From positions 736,001 through 800,000 of the forward strand of contig OZ245056.1 of the NCBI GenBank assembly GCA_965224705.1: a stretch of DNA of 64,000 nucleotides, given 5' to 3'. The position numbers and the translations under genes were made by a program. The DNA is from Spirochaetaceae bacterium. GTDB lineage: Bacteria; Spirochaetota; Spirochaetia; DSM-2461. The number at the start of each line of letters is the position of its first letter. The first letter of the stretch is position 1. Shown piece after piece: positions 58,893-64,000 of the stretch. The notes below the pieces were generated by a model, which was not told the origin of the DNA, made no database searches, and worked only from the letters and a program-made list of their open reading frames with translations.

Positions 58893-59890
58893 TGAAAACA
58901 TCACTTCGCAGATTCATCATGACAGCTTCATTGATTGTTTTTTTCACCTCACCGACAGCCAGTTTAACACTGAAACTGGCCAGCCCCTTTCCTGAAGGAT
59001 CGGCCTGGGATACCAGCCTGAAACGCCTGGCCGGTCAGTGGCAGAAAATCTCCGGCGGAAAAATACGTATGCGCATTTATCCCGGTAGTGTTGCCGGAAG
59101 TGAGGGGGATATGATACGCAAAATGCGCTTTGGTCAGGTCGATATTGCTGTACTGACCACATTTGGAATGAAGAGCATTGTCCCCAATTCTTTTGTAATG
59201 ACTCTGCCGGGAATTCTTCAATCTGAAGATGAACTGGATTATGCCGTAGCTGAATTTGCTCCACGGTTCAATGAAAGCTTCATCTCGAAAGGATTTCGAG
59301 TACTTGTGTGGTCGAAAACAGGCTGGGCCTATTTTTTTACTGCCGATCAAATACGGACACCTGATCAATTGCAGAAAGAAAGATTATCAGTCAGCAATAC
59401 AGATGAGGAACTGGCGGCAAATTTCAAGGCATTGGATTTCAATGTTGTACCCATGGCCCTTGGAGAGGTAATGGTGGCATTGCAGAGCGGAATGGCAACC
59501 GCTGCCTACGGCCCTCCTCTTGCGGCCGCAGCATACCAGTGGTTCTCTCAAATCCCCTACATGCTGAGTTTCAGGCTTGCACCAGTGATGGGCGGCATCG
59601 TTATCAGCGAAAAAACCTGGCAGCGTATACCCGGCCAGTTCCATGAAGAATTCCTGAAAGCCATACAAAAAGTTGCCCTTGATTTTCAACATGAATCCAA
59701 TCGGTTGAACAAAGAAGCAATGAAAGTGATGCAAAAGCACAATCTTACAGTTACAGAACTGACTGAGGCGGAACTTGAGGACTGGCATCAAGTTTTTACA
59801 GAGGGGCATTCCCTTCTGGTGGGTGATAATAAATGGATTGATGAAAAGGTGTACAACGATTTCATCGAAAGTCTTGAAGATTTGAGGTAA
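58892..59890 (+). CDS. dctP: TRAP substrate-binding protein DctP (TatP), copy 1
   Basis: LKLASPFPEGSAW, IYPG..AGSE.DMIRKMRFGQ. Confidence 0.9.
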   Translation: MKTSLRRFIMTASLIVFFTSPTASLTLKLASPFPEGSAWDTSLKRLAGQWQKISGGKIRMRIYPGSVAGSEGDMIRKMRFGQVDIAVLTTFGMKSIVPNSFVMTLPGILQSEDELDYAVAEFAPRFNESFISKGFRVLVWSKTGWAYFFTADQIRTPDQLQKERLSVSNTDEELAANFKALDFNVVPMALGEVMVALQSGMATAAYGPPLAAAAYQWFSQIPYMLSFRLAPVMGGIVISEKTWQRIPGQFHEEFLKAIQKVALDFQHESNRLNKEAMKVMQKHNLTVTELTEAELEDWHQVFTEGHSLLVGDNKWIDEKVYNDFIESLEDLR

Positions 59891-59893
59891 TCA

Positions 59894-60919
59894 ATGATCA
59901 ATAAATACACAGAAAAGCTTTCCCAGTATCTGCGAAAAGCAGGTTTTGTCCTTGTATTGCTAACCATCACCCCAATGGCAATGCGGGCCGTTACAATAAA
60001 ACTGGCCAGCCCGCTGCCGGAAGGTTCCACATGGCACACCGATTTGCTCCGCATGGCCGATGAATGGCGGACTATCAGCAATGGGAAAGTACGTCTTCGC
60101 ATATATCCTGGCAACATCGCCGGCAGTGAAGCTGATATGATCCGCAAAATGCGTTTTGGCCAACTTGACGCCGGCATATTCACAGCTTTTGGATTAAAAT
60201 CCATGGTCCCGGAAACCTTTGTTGTTACCCTGCCGGGACTCATACAGACGGAAAAGGAACTTGATTATGTCCTGGATAACTGGGTAGAACAATTCGATGA
60301 GAGATTCAGGGAGGAAGGATTTGAATTGATGACCTGGTCCAAGACTGGCTGGGCCTATATGTTCGGTCCTGAACCGCTGAAAATCCCGGCAGATCTTCAA
60401 AAATACACTCTGGCCATTGACAACACAGAAACAGAAATGGCCGTTGCATTCAAAACACTGGGATTCCATGTCGCACCTGTGTCTCTGGGGGAAATAATGG
60501 TATCCCTGCAGAGTGGTTTAGTTGACGCTTTCTATGCTCCACCGATTGCAGCAGCCGCTTTTCAATGGTTTGCTCTGGCACCCTATGCGACAGAATACCG
60601 GGTGGCCCCGGTTGTGGGGGGTGTTGTTCTTTCCCAGCGATCCTGGAAACGAATCCCCAGGGAGTTTCACGCAGAAATCAAAGCCTCCGTCTTTAGAATG
60701 ACCCGGGAATTTCATAACGAATCTCTACGCCTCAATAGTGAAGCTCTCCGAATCATGGAAGAGAATGGCCTGAAACGCATAAGTATCAGCCCGGAAGAAG
60801 TCAGCCAGTGGACCGACAAGATGTTTGAGGGTCATCTATTGATGACAGGTGATAACAAGTCGATTCCCTTCAGTGTCTATGAGGACCTTCAGTCAGTATT
60901 GGATGGCATGAGGAATTGA
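59894..60919 (+). CDS. dctP: TRAP substrate-binding protein DctP (TatP), copy 2
   Basis: IKLASPLPEGSTW, IYPG.IAGSE.DMIRKMRFGQ. Confidence 0.9.
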   Translation: MINKYTEKLSQYLRKAGFVLVLLTITPMAMRAVTIKLASPLPEGSTWHTDLLRMADEWRTISNGKVRLRIYPGNIAGSEADMIRKMRFGQLDAGIFTAFGLKSMVPETFVVTLPGLIQTEKELDYVLDNWVEQFDERFREEGFELMTWSKTGWAYMFGPEPLKIPADLQKYTLAIDNTETEMAVAFKTLGFHVAPVSLGEIMVSLQSGLVDAFYAPPIAAAAFQWFALAPYATEYRVAPVVGGVVLSQRSWKRIPREFHAEIKASVFRMTREFHNESLRLNSEALRIMEENGLKRISISPEEVSQWTDKMFEGHLLMTGDNKSIPFSVYEDLQSVLDGMRN

Positions 60920-62781
60920 GCATGCCGGAAAAACTGAAATGGAATGACAGAATTGCTCTGGCAGAAGACCTGATCGGCGGCATTTTTCTCTTTGCCCTGG
61001 CCGTTGTACCCGTTGTAGAGATTGTTTTGCGCAGGCTCACAGGATCGGGTTTGGTGTGGTCCTCAGGTTTTCTTCAACACGTTGTTGTATGGGTTGCCTG
61101 GATGGGAGGGATTACAGCCTCTCGGGAAGGCACCCATCTTTCCCTCTCTTCGGTTGATGAAACAAAGAAGCGATATGGTCTTATTATCATTTCAGTTCGC
61201 AACATCAGTGCAGCAGCGATTAACATGGCTTTCGCCGTTGCTTCGGCATCTTTTCTCGTTCTTGGATTTGCTCCCGGTGACAGTGTTGGAGTTCTTCCAA
61301 TAAGATTGATTCTCATCATCCTGCCGCTTGGATATCTTGTGATGGCTGTTTACTCACTGTTTCGTCCCTACCAGAAACCATCTCTCTGGCTGGTCCCAGG
61401 AGGATTGTTGCTGGGTCTTGTTCTTTCCCTGCCCGCTGTAGTCAATCTCCTGGGGGTGGTCTTTACGGATCTTCCATTTGCCCTCTTTGATGCAACCGAT
61501 GCCTGGTACAAAGTATTCGCATGGTTACGATGGCCTCTGATCGTCCTGTTAGTATTTATGGGACTTCATGGCCTGCCCATCTATCTGATGCTGGGCGGTA
61601 CGGCACTTCTTCTCTTCTCAGGAAATTGGGGAGCATTGGAATCCCTGCCGAACGAAGCCTACAACCTGCTGACAGGAAACATGATTCCTGCCATTCCGCT
61701 GTTCACCATTGCCGGGTATTTGCTTTCTGAAAGCTCCTCTGGTAAACGCCTGGTTTATTTTTTCAGGGCCGCATTGGGCTGGCTGCCGGGTGGTTTATCC
61801 GTAGTGGCTGTTATCGCCTGTGCGTACTTTACAACATTTACCGGGGCATCAGGTGTGACTATTCTAGCTCTCGGAGGCTTACTTGCTTCAGTTCTCATAG
61901 AAAGTAAACAGTACGGAAAGGACTTTTCGCAGGGATTGATAACATCTTCCGGCAGTGTCGGCCTGCTCTTTCCACCAGCCCTGCCCATTATCATGTATGG
62001 TGTAACGGCCCAGATCAGCATACTGGACATGTTTCTTGGAGGATTACTTCCAGGTTTGCTTCTTGTACTGGTTATTTCCGGAATGGGAGTCTTCCGGGCG
62101 ATACGAAATAAACCGGAGCGGGTTAGATTTGAAATGCGGGAGTTCAGGCTTGCAGTGAAGGGAGCTGCCGGAGATTTATTGCTACCCGTTGTTTTACTGG
62201 TTTGTTACTTCAGCGGTTTAACCAACGTGGTAGAAACCTCTTCCCTGGCCGTTGTCTACACGATAATTCTTCTTGCAGCGACCCGGGAGTTTACCCATGG
62301 GTTGATTACACGGGTTCTCCGCCGGGGTGTACCGGTTATTGGAGGGGTGCTTGTTATACTGGCCGCAGCCAAGGGCCTGAGTTACTTCATTGTAGACGCA
62401 CAGGTTCCAACTCTGCTGACCGGGTTTTTCAGGGACAATATCTCATCCAGATTCGTTTTTCTCATCCTGCTCAATATTGTGCTGCTGATTACCGGTACGC
62501 TGATGGATATATACTCTGCCATTCTCGTGATCGCACCACTCATTGTACCTCTCGGAGAGCTATATGGTGTCCACCCCGTACAACTGGGAATCATTTTCCT
62601 GGCCAATCTCCAGCTTGGCTATCTCACACCGCCTGTGGGAATGAATCTGTTTCTGGCAAGCTACACATTTAATATACCCATGACAGCGGTGTACAGACAG
62701 GTTGTTCCCTTCCTTCTGGTGCTGTTTGCTGGTGTATTACTTATAACCTATGTGCCCTGGTTCAGCCTTGCCCTTCTTTAG
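60916..62781 (+). CDS. dctM: Fused TRAP permease DctQ-DctM
   Basis: AIPLFT.AG, FTGASG, GLLFPP, GYLTPPVGMNLF; N-terminal DctQ-like TM segments. Confidence 0.92.
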   Translation: MSMPEKLKWNDRIALAEDLIGGIFLFALAVVPVVEIVLRRLTGSGLVWSSGFLQHVVVWVAWMGGITASREGTHLSLSSVDETKKRYGLIIISVRNISAAAINMAFAVASASFLVLGFAPGDSVGVLPIRLILIILPLGYLVMAVYSLFRPYQKPSLWLVPGGLLLGLVLSLPAVVNLLGVVFTDLPFALFDATDAWYKVFAWLRWPLIVLLVFMGLHGLPIYLMLGGTALLLFSGNWGALESLPNEAYNLLTGNMIPAIPLFTIAGYLLSESSSGKRLVYFFRAALGWLPGGLSVVAVIACAYFTTFTGASGVTILALGGLLASVLIESKQYGKDFSQGLITSSGSVGLLFPPALPIIMYGVTAQISILDMFLGGLLPGLLLVLVISGMGVFRAIRNKPERVRFEMREFRLAVKGAAGDLLLPVVLLVCYFSGLTNVVETSSLAVVYTIILLAATREFTHGLITRVLRRGVPVIGGVLVILAAAKGLSYFIVDAQVPTLLTGFFRDNISSRFVFLILLNIVLLITGTLMDIYSAILVIAPLIVPLGELYGVHPVQLGIIFLANLQLGYLTPPVGMNLFLASYTFNIPMTAVYRQVVPFLLVLFAGVLLITYVPWFSLALL

Positions 62782-62794
62782 GAGCAGTTTCGGA

Positions 62795-63067
62795 GTGGAA
62801 GCAAGAAAATACATTGTTACAGGCCGGGTACAGGGAGTTGGGTTTCGATGGTTCGTAAGACGGCATGCTCATACCCTTGGAATAAATGGCTGGGTAAGAA
62901 ATAACAGGGATGGATCGGTTGAAATATGGGCTGAAGCATTGAAGGTCAAATTGGAGCAATTTGAATCCCTGCTGAGGAAAGGCCCTCCTGGGGCTGTTGT
63001 GCGAAGTGTTGAGGGCGTCAATGCTGCTGCTGTTCACGATTACAAGGGGTTCGATATTGCTTTTTAG
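62795..63067 (+). CDS. acyP: Acylphosphatase
   Basis: GRVQGVGFR and GWVRN..DGSVE. Confidence 0.93.
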   Translation: MEARKYIVTGRVQGVGFRWFVRRHAHTLGINGWVRNNRDGSVEIWAEALKVKLEQFESLLRKGPPGAVVRSVEGVNAAAVHDYKGFDIAF

Positions 63068-63132
63068 CAGCCTTCCAGCAGAGATATCTTCCTGCGCCTC
63101 GTCACACTGAGAGCTGCGGGTGGACGATGGAA

Positions 63133-64000
63133 TTATTTACCGCCGCCCTGCTTTTCATCGACAGGATACAACACAAAATGGAAATAGATCTCATCATTGA
63201 AATACTTCGCCGCTGTTTCCATAAGAACTTCAGAGGTTAAACTGTCATAGAGTTCTACCCGGCTGCGAACCAACTCCTGGGGATCAACTTCTGAACGAAT
63301 ACCGAAGACTATTTGATTCATCCACCAGGTATTCCTCGCAAGATTCTCCTTGTAGTTTCTACGCTGCATTGCTGTTATATCTTCCGCAAGTTTAGATTCA
63401 GGCGGCCGCATCTGCCAGTCTTCAATGACCTCTTTGACCCTGTTCGATAACTCATCCACTCTCTCCGGATCACAGGAATAGGAAATCATGTAATTATACT
63501 GCTTCGCCGGTATGGTTTTCGCATTCAGAGTTACTCCTATCGAATAAGTACCGCCGTACTCCTCCCGGATAATTCTGGTCAAATGCATTTCCAATGCCGT
63601 TGTAAGTGAACTCATACGATACCACTCTGAGAATTCACCATTCCAGGCTCCACTCCAACTCTGGCTTACAATACTCAAAGGTTCAGTACCGGCTTCCAGT
63701 GTTTTTTCCCCTGATTCGGTAAAAAACCGCACGTTTCTGTCCTCCCAGGATTCAGCGGGTTCCTGAATCGGCAGATCAGCCAGCCAGTTAACAATGTAGG
63801 ATTCCAGAATGTCAGGTTCAAAGTCTCCAACAAAAATATAGGTGAAATCTCCGCCAGCATTAAACCGTTCATTATAGATGGTAAGAACCTCATTCAAATC
63901 CGCATCAGACAAATCTTCAAGGCTGAGGGGTTTGATACGGAAATGATTATTGTGCAATGTTGTCCACAGCTCATCGTAATACAGTATTCGGGGAGAAAGC
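63133..64000 (-). CDS. M16 (PqqL-like) zinc peptidase, C-terminal part; start is outside the window
   Basis: YNERF..AGDFTYIFVGDF, IREEYGGTYS; frame open to the window edge. Confidence 0.8.
   Translation of the reverse strand, partial: LSPRILYYDELWTTLHNNHFRIKPLSLEDLSDADLNEVLTIYNERFNAGGDFTYIFVGDFEPDILESYIVNWLADLPIQEPAESWEDRNVRFFTESGEKTLEAGTEPLSIVSQSWSGAWNGEFSEWYRMSSLTTALEMHLTRIIREEYGGTYSIGVTLNAKTIPAKQYNYMISYSCDPERVDELSNRVKEVIEDWQMRPPESKLAEDITAMQRRNYKENLARNTWWMNQIVFGIRSEVDPQELVRSRVELYDSLTSEVLMETAAKYFNDEIYFHFVLYPVDEKQGGGK

Overview
Chromosomal segment of an anaerobic bacterium, most likely a spirochaete (inferred from the dnaN-recF-dciA-rpmH-rnpA-yidD-yidC-jag order, a TatT/TPAT TRAP transporter and an Asp-type MurA). 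Left part: tRNA-Asn, a clan GH-A lipoprotein, a four-subunit NAD-linked [FeFe]-hydrogenase operon, a two-component system with divergent creD, a pair of cNMP-GGDEF genes (the second fused to DHH/DHHA1), gatCAB, a short aspS and gcvH. Middle (about 21.2-40.6 kb): an accessory surface-glycan island with a legionaminic-acid pathway split into two convergent halves, a PstI/BsuBI-type R-M pair, a repeat-bounded beta-propeller gene, wzx, transposase remnants and a marR module. Right part: replication and translation housekeeping genes without dnaA, a DnaA-box cluster after murA, leuS, mutY, the TPAT transporter, acylphosphatase and a partial M16 peptidase. Intergenic DNA holds at least four families of short inverted-repeat (MITE-like) elements. 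The most notable candidate system is the cNMP-GGDEF pair, whose GGDEF domains have lost complementary sets of catalytic residues and are coupled to a DHH phosphoesterase. No CRISPR array or rRNA was seen. All calls come from reading motifs by eye; no searches were run.
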